Below are positions 12,663-24,065 of a stretch of 64,000 nucleotides of DNA, piece after piece (within the stretch, counting starts at the first letter, position 1; each line of letters begins with the position of its first letter). Below the pieces are notes generated by a model, which saw only the letters and a list, made by a program, of their open reading frames with translations, made no database searches and had not been told where the DNA came from. The DNA is from Heptranchias perlo (taxonomy: Eukaryota). The position numbers and the translations under genes are program-made. The stretch spans positions 17,236,001 to 17,300,000 of the forward strand of contig NC_090328.1 of the NCBI RefSeq assembly GCF_035084215.1, read 5' to 3'.

Positions 12663-13943
12663 CTGTTGAAAAAATATTGTAGTTATAATGGAGCATTTAA
12701 AGATGTCTGGATACATTAATATTGTTAAATGCATTAGTATTGCAATGAACTTTCTAATTCACTGCCTTTTAGCCACTTAAATATGCTTTGGAAGCACGGT
12801 ATTTTTTCATATGGGAAAAATACTCTGGGAGACACTACTTTTTGTTTGAAAGTACTTCCCCCAACCCTTTTATACAAGATGATATTAGCCCAGGAATGTT
12901 CATTTAGCATTTTTAAATATATCAATTTTCTTACCACCATGAAGACCTTGGAGTAGAGCCTTGGCTGTCTCAGCCATGTTACCAGTGAACATCCCTGAGC
13001 ATTGGTATAGGATACGGCAAGGGCCATAAATTCATATTAGCCCCCCCCACCAAGAGCTAATTCAGATCTGTTTGACCCCAGGAAACCAAACATGCTGAGG
13101 AGGCAGATTCCCAAGATTGTAGCAAGATTTCCTGGGTTTGAACAGTTCTAGATCGGCCATTTCCCTATGGACACAGTTGGGAGCATTGCCCATTAATACC
13201 ATCAATACAGCCCATCAGGAAAGGAGACCTGACCCAAGTAAATTCAACATAAAATCGCTGTCAAAGCAAGTCAATTCCACTCTACTGTATAAAATATTTT
13301 TCTTACATCAATAGAGACAGCAGGCAGAGTTTTCACAGAATCATTAAAGCTTGTGTCAACTACCTATTATCTCACTTGATTAGTTAATTATTAAAGATCT
13401 GTTTCTAACCTAATTACCAAGATCTTGAGTAAACATTTTGGAAACATCTGGAGATTATATATAAAAACTTAATACAAGCACTATACTATAGCATATGATT
13501 GATCATAATTTGCTTATGTTTTACCATTTTATAATATGAATCTTTATCCTTTACAAGACATTATACCCCACATATTGTTTCAAAAAGGTCATTCTGCCTT
13601 CCAACTGTATTATTTGTTGATAGTTAATTTTGAACTAGTCTCCTTACTACGTCTGCATATTCCGTTAAAAAGAGTATCCTCACAGGAACTGACTGACTCT
13701 GGGAACTTAAAATACAAATTGCCATGCCGCATAAATGAATCCGTTATGTTCCCATAGCTTTAATGTTAAAGTCACTCCAATAAAAAAAAAAGTTAAAATA
13801 AATTGCAGCTGGCCTTTTTCTTTTGGACTAGTTAATACATCCATTCAGTAATGAAATCTAAAATGAGAGATTTTGTTTTGTCTTGAATTAACCATTTTTT
13901 TTTTAAAACAATCATCTTTTATTTAAATGCCTCTCACAGTATT

Positions 13944-14368
13944 AGCCGTGGCTCAGTGAGTAGCATTCTCACCTCCGAGACAGAAGGTTATGGGTTCTAT
14001 TCCCATTCCAGAGACTGGAGCATAAGATCTAGGCTGACACTCAGTACAGCACTGAGGGAGAGCTGCACGGTTGGAGGTGCCATCTTTCGGATGAGACATT
14101 AAACTGAGACCCCATCTGTTTTCTCAGGTGACATAAAAGATCCTATGGCACTATTCTAAGAAGAGCAGGGGGTTCTCCTTGGTGTCCTGGCCAATATTTA
14201 ATCCCTCAACCAACATCACAAACAGATTATTTGGTCATTATCACATTTCAGTTTGTGGGACCTTGCTGTGTGCATTTCCTACATTACAACAGTGACTACA
14301 CGTCAAAAGGTACTTTGGGACATCCTAAGGTTGTGAAAGGCACTATATAAATGCAAGTTCTTTCTTTC
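13944..14368 (+). mobile_element. Near full-length tRNA-derived Deu-domain SINE (SacSINE1/AmnSINE1-like)
   Basis: tRNA-like head TGGCTCAGTGAG...GGGTTCTATTCCC; core GGTGCCATCTTTCGGATGAGAC...GGTGTCCTGGCCAA; L2-like tail CTATATAAATGCAAG and TTTC repeats. Confidence 0.85.
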
Positions 14369-14396
14369 TCAAAGAACAATGGGGACTAGGGATTAC

Positions 14397-14509
14397 CTGC
14401 CTCCCCCACCAACAGTGAATGACTGCTGTGTTCCATCACAGCTCGAGCAACACTGATCGCACTTTTAATTCTTCGAAGGTTTCCAACTGCTCCAACCTCG
14501 ATCGTGTTA
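14397..14509 (-). CDS. AGA: AGA exon 3
   Basis: 113 nt, AG/GT flanked; [37 protein letters not shown]. Confidence 0.97.
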
Positions 14510-15154
14510 CTGAAGAAGAGTTTTTAAAAATATATTTAATTAGTGATGAATCACAATATTTTATAACATTATCTGCTGATTAAATTATTGAGAGTTTTCA
14601 TTCCCCCTACATTTTCACTCTGGCCTTGACATTCATGTCTGCTGTACTCTCATTAAAAATGTTAAATCATAAAATGTCACATCACATGAAATCTAGTGTA
14701 CAAATCACATGTAACATTCATACAAGTTGCATTTAATACCTTGAACTGCTTGCAATTAAATTAAAATGCATTTCAAAAATCAAGAGTGCAGTCACATACA
14801 AGAAAATGGAGAACATCAGAAGCAATTCTAGGATTTGGACATAAACTGTTTCAAAAAAAATTGAGCAATGCAGAGAGAGAGAAGAGAAAGAGGAAGCACA
14901 CCCTCATCGTACCATCCGGTGATTGCACCCACATTGAAAACTAAAGTAGTGGACTGAAGCAAAACAGCGAAGCAAAGATATTGAAAACTGATTTTAATTT
15001 TCACAGGTATTTATAAAAGGTTAGTGGCCTTTTGGGTTATTACTAAAGGGCAGTCATGACAACAAGTGTAATTCATTGCATATTTGGCCTTAAAAGCCAA
15101 TTTGTAAATAGATACATTTCCCAGTATTCAGCACTGATCAGGTACATTACTTAC

Positions 15155-15308
15155 CCATTCATAATCATAGCATCCAGTGTTGTCTCTCCATGTTCATCTG
15201 GGCTTCCTCCATATCCCACAGTACCACCACACTGGTCAATTTCACACTGACTGCAACCTTTTTCCACTGCATCCAAAGCTGAACCTCCAGACTGAAGAGT
15301 GCTCCATG
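15155..15308 (-). CDS. AGA: AGA exon 2
   Basis: 154 nt, AG/GT flanked; (A)[51 protein letters not shown]. Confidence 0.97.
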
Positions 15309-16660
15309 CTAAATGCAAAACATTTAATCCAAAAACAGTAGAAAGCAGTTTACACAGGGAAAATAAATTTCAACTGGTTTAAGAACGTGTGTGACGCCCT
15401 TTTAAAAAAAAAACACGTCTTGTCCTGGCAATAAAAGTATGAAAATTAAAAAAAGAGAACCAGTTTCAAAAGGAAGTCAAGTTTCAACAGTTGACAATAT
15501 GTGCAGTATCTTTTTTTAAAAATAAAATCACCATAGCACATCTTATCCTTGCAGCAAATGGGTAAAGAAATAATCATTTAATTAGCTAGTCACAGAAGCA
15601 AAAAGTACAGCTTTATGACCAAAGCTCTTAAGTTCCCCACTATTCGACTGACATTATTTAATGGCGATATTAAGGTAGCTCGAACCCCATAGCGCAAGCA
15701 CCATCAATGTAAAATGTAAAAGAACAGATCAGGCAAATCCGAATCAGTGATTAGTTGATGCCAAGAATGGGTTTTAAAAGTCTGTGAATATTGGACAAGA
15801 ATAAGGAAGACAGAAAAATAGGAAATTCCACAATTTCAAGAGCCTGGAAAAGAATGAGTTAGTGTGGAAGACAGTGGCGAGCCTGAGTATTAAACACAAT
15901 AATCCCATACGGAAGAGAAAGTGCATGTAGGGCAGCATAGAAGCTTAGAAAGAACAGAGAAAAGTTTAGAACACTAACTATAGTAATAGATGGAGAAAGG
16001 TTTGAAGTCAAGTAAGAGGGGAAACACTTCTCAAATGAAAAGCCCCTTTTCTTTTCTCTATCTAGGAGTAACAGATGCAAATCCTTCCAGTTATAGGAAT
16101 AATCAGCAGCAATTTCCTCAGCTTCTCCTAGACTAGAGAGTTTGAGGGAAAGGTATTCTGCATAGGTAATAACAGTTGTCTCTAGTCGACACTAGGTCGA
16201 ATTTTAGAGTTACTGTTAGCATCAGCTCTAATGTGACAGATGATACTTTGCCATTATAGAAGTGTTAATATCCCTGAACATGACAAAAAGAAACTTCTGT
16301 GCTGATATGCCACAGTTATACATGCCATTAGTTCAATGTTGAAATGCCGATTGGAATGGAAAGAGCATTGTACTATGAAGAATGGATGCCAGGAGTATAG
16401 CTGTTTGTGATTACTTTCAATGGAGAGTGTATTTTTTTTTAAATGGTTCCTTTATCAAAAAAAAAATCACTACCTCACCTTTTCTGATCTTCACCCTGTA
16501 CAAAATCCTTGCAATACTGCTCGCTTCACTTATTTTATTTAAAACATTTCAAGCCGCTCCATTAAAAAAACGCACACGCTTGGACTTAACACAAGAATGT
16601 AAAAACATTCACCTCATTAGTGAGGTCTGCTTGCTGAAGTTGCTCAGACCATTTCCATCT

Positions 16661-16930
16661 TATAGAATCGTATAGGACAGGAGGCCATTCAGCCCATCGT
16701 GCCTATGCTGGCTCCCATTAATCTCACTCCCCTCTCCCCTGTTCTTTCCCTATAGCCTTGCAAAATTTTCATTCTCAAATATTTATGCAATTCCCTTTCG
16801 AAAGTTACTATTGAATCTGCTTCCACTACCCTTTCAGGCAGTACATTCCTGATCATAACTCGCTGCGTAAAATAATTTTGTCCTCATCTCCCCTCTGGTT
16901 CTTTTGCCAACTACCTTAAATCTGTGTGCT
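16661..16930 (-). mobile_element. CR1 3' fragment in AGA intron 1 (absent from the duplicate)
   Basis: Homologous to 33490-33770; empty site near 24890. Confidence 0.8.
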
Positions 16931-16994
16931 CCCACTCATAATAGTAACACCACGTGTATTTATGGACCAATTTACAACCAAAAAAACCAAAAAC

Positions 16995-17885
16995 AACTTG
17001 CATTTATATAGCGCCTTTAACATAGTAAAACGACCCAAGGCGCTTCACAAGAGCGTTACCAAACAAAAAATTTGACACCAAGCCACATAAGGAGGTATTA
17101 GGACAGGTGACCAAAAGCTTGGTCAAAAAGGTAGGTTTTAAGGAGCATCTTAAAAGGAGAGTGAGATAGAGAGGCTTAGGGAGGGAATTTCAGAGCTTAA
17201 GGCTTAGGCAGCTGAAGGCACGCCGCCAATGGTGCAGTGATTAAAATCGGGGATGTGCGAGAGGCAAGAATTGGAGGAGCGCAGAGATCTTGCAAGGTCG
17301 TAAGGCTGGAGGAGGTTACAGAGATAGGTGAAGCCAGAGAAGGATTTGAAAACAAGGATGAGAATTTTTAAAAATCGAGGCGTTGCTGAATGGGAGCCAA
17401 TGTAGGTCAGCGAGCACAGGGATGATGGGAGAAAGGGACTTGGTGCAAGTTAGGATATGGGCAGCAGAATTTTGGATGAGCTCAAGTTTATGGAGGGTGG
17501 AAGATGGGAGGCCAGCCAGGGGAGCATTGGAATGGTCTGAAGGTAACAAAGGCATGGAATGAGGGTTTTAGCAGATGAGCTGAGGCGGGGGCAGAGACAG
17601 GCAACATTGTGGAGGTGGAGCAGATATGTGGTCAGAAGCTCATCTCAGGGTCAAATAGGACACCAAGGTTGCAAACAGTCTGGTTCAGCCTCAGACAGCG
17701 GCCAGGGAGAAGGATGGAGTCAGTGGCAGCGACCAAAGACAATGACTTCGTTCTTCCCAATATTTAGTTGGAGGAAATTTTTGCTCATGTCAGACCAGCA
17801 ATATGACAAATGAGAGACAGTGGAGGGTCAAGGGAGGTGGTGGTGAGGTAGAGCTGGGTGTTGTCAGCGTACATGTGGAATATGA
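16995..17885 (-). mobile_element. L2-type LINE 3' portion in AGA intron 1 (absent from the duplicate)
   Basis: ORF 17316..17555 LAGLPSSTLHKLELIQNSAAHILT...PVLADLHWLP is typical of the L2 ORF2 C-terminus. Confidence 0.88.
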
Positions 17886-19314
17886 CTTGTTTATTAAAAC
17901 TAAAAATTCAAGGGTGGGGGGGGCGCATATTGTTGAGAAATTAGTTAAGTGTTTGGAAGAGGACTGGGGTGTTAGTGAGTTACTCCACTATATTTTGACA
18001 GCTTTGGGACCAAAGTGTCTTCTCTCAGATAGCTTCAATGTTGCAATTTTTGTCACTGGTTCTGTGATGCTTGGGTGATAAGTTTGCACATCTGTAAATA
18101 GGGTTTGTGATTGCTGCATATCAGGGTTAGATCAGGACACGAGGACCTCGAAATTAGTTTGCGCTGATCTGCTGGCGAGTACGGGAAATGATCCCTGCGC
18201 CTGAACGGGTAGGCCCATGGCAAACCTGATATTGGGCCTCAGGCCTCATTTAAATGAGACCAGTGATCTGCGAACACCTGCTCGGTGTCGCAAGGCAGCT
18301 CGTTGACGAAGAGGCTTCGTATTTTGGGCTGCTGCATCGCCAGAAGCTGCCTTCAGGCAATTCATTAAAGTGGGAGGGAGGCGACTTGGAAAGGGAGGGA
18401 AATTGGGAACGGGTCGATTGGGAGATGGGGGGAGCTTGGGAGAGGGGGGCACAGTGACTAACAGCAACCGCAAATTTTAATGTGGAGTTGGGAGGAACAA
18501 TCCTGCACTTCACGGCTCCACATTCTGGTATTTTTAAAACAAACTTACCTTTTTGGTGGCAGCCTAAAGTAGTCCCTTTAAAAAGGACCACCAGTTGGGC
18601 AACATGTAGATCTGTTTTTTTTTATTGCAGCTAGCCAGGCACTGGTCCCATTCAGGGCAACCCAATTTTGAACAGGGGGTCCCACAGGAGTTAGGCTCCT
18701 TATTTACATACGCAAAGGACTAAATACCTGTTTCAGGCGCAGATCCTGGACGCCTATTTTATTACCATCATCAATAGGGCAGGTGGCGCGCTTCTAGTTA
18801 ATAGTCTAAAAATTCTAGCACTTCCTACCCGCCATATTTGAAGTTTGAGTGCTCGATAAACAGACGTGACACCATCAAATTTCTTGGTCGAGTTTCCTAC
18901 ATAGCAGGAGGGTTTATTAACACTGCACCTATCAGTCAGACTGGTAGCCGCAATTTGGGTTCCAAGCTACAACATTACCCAACACCTACTTAGAATGAAC
19001 TAAATCAGTCTTGTCCAGGAGAGCGCTGTGTCATAGCTCTCTCCCAACAGTTAAAAATGAAAATGTTTAGAAAGCAGGGAGGAGTGAATCCCATTATCTA
19101 AACATTTTAATTGAAGTTAAGTGGATTTACAAATTGTCCAGAGGACCCAATAGACTATGTAAACCAGGTTTGATACTACATTGGATTCACATTCCATCCA
19201 TTGTGAAACCAATGCAGTCCAAGACTATCCTGCCAAGAAGTCTCATGAGACAGCTTCTGACACCAGATTTACAGATCACCATAGTATAAATGTACCATAA
19301 TGCATTTCATAAGG

Positions 19315-19690
19315 TGACTCCAGAGGCTTGAGTACATAATCTAGGCTGACACTCCAGTGCATTACTGAGGGAGTGCTGCACTGTCAGAGGTGCCATCCTT
19401 CGGATGAGATGTTAAACTGAGGTCCAGCCTGTTCTCAGGTGGATGTAAAAGATTCCACGGTACTATTCAAAAGAGCAAGCGAGTTCTCCCAATGTCCTGG
19501 CCAATATTTATCCCTCAATCGACATCACTATAACAAATTATCTGGTCATGATCTCATTGCTTCTCGTGGGGCCTTACAGTGCACAAATTAGCGGTTGCGT
19601 TTCCCTACATTTACAACAGTGACTGCACTTCAAAAGTATTTCATTGTCTGTAAAGCACATCCTAAGGTCGTGAACGACGCTTTACAAAGG
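19315..19690 (+). mobile_element. Deu-domain SINE, 5'-truncated
   Basis: Homology to 13944-14368. Confidence 0.8.
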
Positions 19691-20039
19691 GCAGTTTAGT
19701 TGACGTAGCCACATTGCCAGTACATCACTCACTGGCCACTGACAAACTCACCCAATCATATTACCCACAATATACAAATGACACGGACTGGAGAGAACTG
19801 CTGCACTTGTGCTTAACAGTAACTGCCACATCATCATCCCGAAACTCGTGGTTAAACGTGTTGACAGTACCACACATGCTCATTAGAAGTAATCCTAACC
19901 ACTCCTAGAATTTAAACAGCTCCGTTTTGCATCGCCCCAAAATAACTGGATTAAAGACCGCAAAGTAGCAAACTAGTGCATAATAACTACCACGATACAA
20001 ATGCATGTGGTGTGTAAACATACACAAATGGAGTCACTT

Positions 20040-20345
20040 GGTTTCCCCGCTTTGCTTTGCTTTGCAGTGCAGCGCAGTGCCTGGCTGTCACTCACCTCGC
20101 TGCGTTGCGTCTTTAAAGGGCCAGGTGTTGATGACGAGGGGCAGCTGGGCGGCCGCGAGCGAGCAGCTGGCGCTGAGCGCGAGGATGACGGGGAGGCAGC
20201 CCGGGAACCCCATAGCGGCGCGAGCCCGATCCCAATCCCCGGGCACAGTGAGAGCCCCCGCACCGCTTATCACTACTTATACCAAGAAGTTCCTCGCTTC
20301 CTACCACACCCACGTACGGTGGCTGCCAACGGACGGCGAGGGAGG
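20040..20345 (-). promoter_or_regulatory. CpG-rich promoter/first-exon island of AGA exon 1a
   Basis: Strong local GC and CpG enrichment around the ATG in an otherwise CpG-poor background. Confidence 0.7.
20096..20213 (-). CDS. AGA: Aspartylglucosaminidase coding exon 1 (proximal copy, 1a): signal peptide and start of alpha chain
   Basis: ATG at 20213 in GCCGCTATGG context; encodes MGFPGCLPVILALSASCSLAAAQLPLVINTWPFKDATQR (human ...LPLVVNTWPFKNAT); 118 nt, phase-1 donor G|GTGAGT. Confidence 0.95.
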
Positions 20346-20749
20346 CAGTACTTCATTCTTAAAAAAAAAATCAAACTGCCTGCTGAGCAAGACTGCAAGG
20401 TCTGCTCCTCTCCAGCTGTCATCGGATCCCCTTCCCCATTATGATTTTAGCATGTTCTAATTTAATGGGGAAGGCACGTGTGTGTTTGGAGTTAAAATGG
20501 TACTTTTATTGCAAATGTAATATTCCTCTCAGAGTAATTTGACTTTTATGTATCTCTCCAAGTTAATTTAATAGATTTTTAAAAAAATCGACTTTCAGTT
20601 TTAGAATCTGAATAGCCAGTGTCCTGGCCAATATTTATCCCTCAATCAACACCTAAAAACAGATTATCTGGTCATTATCACATTGCTGTTTCTGGGAGCT
20701 TGCTGTGCACAAATTGGCTGCATTACAACAGCTGTGTTTCCTACATTAC

Positions 20750-20985
20750 GTGGAGATGCCGGTGACGGACTGGGGTTGACAATTGTAAACAATTTTACAA
20801 CACCAAGTTATAGTCCAGCAATTTTATTTTAAATTCACAAGCTTTCGGAGGCTACCTCCTTCCTCAGGTGAACGATGTGGACATTTCACATCGTTCACCT
20901 GAGGAAGGAGGTAGCCTCCGAAAGCTTGTGAATTTAAAATAAAATTGCTGGACTATAACTTGGTGTTGTAAAATTGTTTACAATT
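20750..20985 (-). mobile_element. Short Penelope-like element with inverted pseudo-LTR (99-bp perfect palindrome), inserted in a SINE
   Basis: Arms 20781-20879 and 20887-20985 are exact reverse complements with a 7-nt spacer; flanked by the direct repeat TTTCCTACATTAC (20737-20749 and 20984-20996); contains a minimal hammerhead motif. Confidence 0.85.
20894..20932 (+). ncRNA. Minimal type I hammerhead ribozyme motif (mirror copy on the minus strand at 20834-20872)
   Basis: UUCAC-CUGAGGA-A-GGAGG-UAG-CCUCC-GAAA-GC-UU-GUGAA: stem I, CUGANGA core, stem II, GAAA, palindromic AAGCUU in place of helix III. Confidence 0.7.
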
Positions 20986-21092
20986 TCCTACATTACAACA
21001 GTGACTACACTTGAAAAGTACTTCCATTGTTTATAAAGTGTGTTAGGACCATGTGAAAGGTGCTATATTGATGCAAGTCTTTCTTTTCCCAG

Positions 21093-21412
21093 TAGGGTTG
21101 CCAACTCTGGTGTCAGATATTCCTGGAGGATTGATCACATGACACTAACCCACAGTTTGCACATGTTATTGCATTTACCTTATGGCGGTTGGGTCCCCTG
21201 TAGTGGAGTATCTTTGCTCGCGGTTTTGCGCCTGCAGCTGTCACGCGAGAAGCTCCGAGAACCAGGAGGTCGCTCGTGAGCTGGCGAAGAAAGTATGCAG
21301 GCACAAACCACAGATGCAAACTGCAAGCTATACTTTTCTCCCGAGTCACTATCAGCAGTGTCATGGAGATTAATCTTCCATTCCAGGCAATCCAGGATGG
21401 TTGGCAACCTTA
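21093..21412. mobile_element. hAT-Blackjack-like MITE
   Basis: TIRs TAGGGTTGCCAAC / GTTGGCAACCTTA (12/13); no clear 8-bp TSD. Confidence 0.55.
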
Positions 21413-21609
21413 CCCCAATGCTGATTCCTGCCCACTGACCCGGGATAGAGGGAGGGAATATCAGCCAAGGTTCCTGCTCCTGATCACTATCCAGTGACCC
21501 TCTACTGCAAACCATCAGTGGATGTTGGGCGAGGACTGGATCAGGGTTAGCTGTTACGACTTTCAAGGCGAATAGTCTGCTGGACTTCAAACACTGATAA
21601 GTGAGTGCC

Positions 21610-21840
21610 TGGGTAAGATACGGGGTGGAGGGAAACAAAGACAGGGTAGGGTAGGGTGGGGTGGGGAGGGAAAGAGGTGAAAAGGAGGAGAAAATGATTG
21701 GGGCAATGGATAAGGGAGGAGAAACAGAGAGGGGAAGAGGAGACACCAATGGGGGAGGGTAAAGGACTAGAATCTGAGGGGAAGGAGGGTAAAATGAAGG
21801 TGGGAGAGGGAATTGCAGGGGAGGTGTCAGGAGGTGGGAC
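21610..21840. repeat. Purine/G-rich low-complexity tract
   Basis: GGGTAGGGTAGGGTGGGGTGGGG and GA-rich runs. Confidence 0.7.
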
Positions 21841-22399
21841 AAACTTTGATTCCACCAGTAACTAATAATTAATTACTCACAAATTGCACCGGTAACTAAA
21901 AAGTAATATTGTTAACACTCAGATTCCCCTCAATCAGCAGCAATAAAATAACTCACTGACAGTCTATATAACACCCCAATATCCTACATGTAACTAGTAT
22001 TAATCCTATAACCCTTTGATATTCGCCAAGTAACTACAGCAAGAATTCCCCTGCACTGCATAAGGTGCAGTTAGGCTTCCTAGTCAATGCCACTTTTAAC
22101 AGGCCCCGTCATTCTCCCTACCTCTTTGGGCTACGGTTCTGTGCGAAGATGACAAATCTAAACTGGAAGCCTCAGTCAGAGCTGATCTGTACTTAGACTT
22201 TACAGGTTGAAGGGGAGGAAAACCAAAATCGGCCAATACAGACCGACCTGAACCGAACTGTGAGATCGCGTAAAGGGGAGCGGGTTCGATGTTTTGGGCA
22301 CTTCTCAAAGGGCACAGCCTCCCAAACTCAACCCAACACCATCATTTTTAAACCAGTCCCTGGACTCAGACTCGTTAAACGGAGAGTTTACAAAGATTA

Positions 22400-22995
22400 A
22401 TAGAAATTGCAGCACAGGAAGTGGTCATTCGGCCCCAGTGCCTGTGCTGGTGCTTTGACTGGAGCTCTCTTCTCTAATCGTATTCCTCCTCTGATCCTTT
22501 TATATTCCACCTTCATAAATACTTATCCCATTCCCTCTTAAATTATGTTATAGTTTCTGTCTCAATAGCCACTTGTGGTGAAGCACCCCATGATCTAATA
22601 GCCCTCGATGTAAAAATCTTCCTTCTCTAAAACATAATAGGACCAGGAGTGGGCCATACGGCCCCTCGAGCCTGCTCCACCATTCAATCAGATCATGGCT
22701 GATCTTCAACCTCAACTCAACTCTCCTGCCCAATCCCCATATCCCTCAATTCCCCTACAGTCCAAAAATCTATCTATCTCAGCCTTGAATATACTCAACG
22801 ACCCAGCATCCACAGCCCTCTGAGGTAGAGAATTCCAATGATTCACAACCCTCTCAGTGAAGAAATTTCTCCTTATCTCAGTCTTAAATGGCCGACCCCT
22901 TATCCTGAGACTATGCCCTCTAGTTCTATACTCTCCAGCCAGGGGAAACAACCTCTCAGCATCTAGCATGTCAAGTCCCCTCAGAATCTTATAAA
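22400..22995 (-). mobile_element. Two adjacent CR1 3' fragments
   Basis: ORF 22712..23005 RTRGHSLRIRG...FFTERVVNHWNSLP; older fragment at 22400-22625. Confidence 0.88.
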
Positions 22996-23354
22996 ACCCC
23001 TTCATGCCCTACCATTACCTTCATAACTATTTTGTACACATGGGAAAACTGGCACCCATCGAATAAATGCCTCTTCCTCCTGTGTTTCTAGATTTTAATT
23101 CAATCAACAAATGCAATTTATAGGTTGACAGATGTGGGTAGAGTAGCCCCCTTCTCCCTTGGTTCTTCCCTATGAGATTCCTCAGTCTTTATCCTTTTGT
23201 TCCTCATACGCCCACCATTGGAAACAATCTTTCACTATTTACCCAGAGTAAAGTCCCCAAGTTTCATTCCCCCATTTACTGGCTGCTCCTCTTTTGGTAC
23301 CACTCTCACTCACTATGTTACTGCTGCAGGAAATTCTGGGCCCCAATTGCCCTG

Positions 23355-23706
23355 ATTCCTAGTCTCCATCTTTCTCTCCCCCTTCCGCCACCCAGCAACC
23401 CACCCCCTGAGCCCTAAACCCCTGACCTCCAGTTTTCCTCTCTTCCACCCCAAGCTCCAGTCCTCCAGCCCTCCATGCCCCAGTCACCCTCTCTCCCCAA
23501 CCCCCAGTCCTCCTCTCCCTCCTCCCCCACCCCACCAGAGGCCCGATCCCCTAACCCCATTTCTCCCCAAGTGCTCAATCCCTGAGCCATAGCCCACTGT
23601 TGCCCTCTTTCCCACCCCCAGCCCCAACCCAATCCCCTGCCCCCTAGTTCTCATTTAGCTTCTTCCAGCCCAGCTCCACCCCTCTCCCTAGTCTGTCTTC
23701 CCCCAC
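23355..23706. repeat. Pyrimidine/C-rich low-complexity tract
   Basis: Many C runs on the + strand. Confidence 0.7.
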
Positions 23707-23744
23707 ATGTACATATCTATCTTTCTTGAGTCGGCTTGAAGTAA

Positions 23745-24065
23745 AGAAAGGCAGACAGACTTGCAATTATATAGTGTCTTTCACGACCTCAGGATGTCCC
23801 AAAGCGCTTTACAACCTTTGAAGTGCTTTTGAAGTGTAGTCACAGTTGTGATGTAGGAAACACGGCAGCCAATTTGCACACGGCAGCCAATTTGCACACG
23901 GCAATATGATAATGACCAGATAATCTGTTTTAGTGATGTTGGTTGAGGGATAAATATTGGCCAGGATACCAAGGAGAACGCCCCTGCTCTTCTTCAAATA
24001 GTGCCATGGGATCTTTTACATCCACCTGAGGGGACAGCCAGGGCCTCGGTTTAATGTCTCATTGC
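23745..24065 (-). mobile_element. Deu-domain SINE with internal 18-bp tandem duplication
   Basis: Reverse complement of the SINE tail and core; CACGGCAGCCAATTTGCA repeated twice. Confidence 0.82.

Larger units (their letters stand above)
20615..21085 (+). mobile_element. Deu-domain SINE 3' half, interrupted by the Penelope-like insertion
   Basis: GTGTCCTGGCCAATATTTATCCCTCAA ... GTGAAAGGTGCTATATTGATGCAAG. Confidence 0.8.

Noticed and set aside
13944-14020. tRNA gene
   Set aside because: Only the degenerate tRNA-derived head of a SINE; no complete cloverleaf.
20001-20460. 147-aa and 151-aa plus-strand ORFs (and 25656..25976, 25838..26092) over the first exons
   Set aside because: Antisense or off-frame ORFs produced by high GC in the CpG island; no recognisable protein.
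21180-21842. 220-aa Pro/Ser/Leu-rich ORF
   Set aside because: Translation of a low-complexity purine tract plus repeat fragments.
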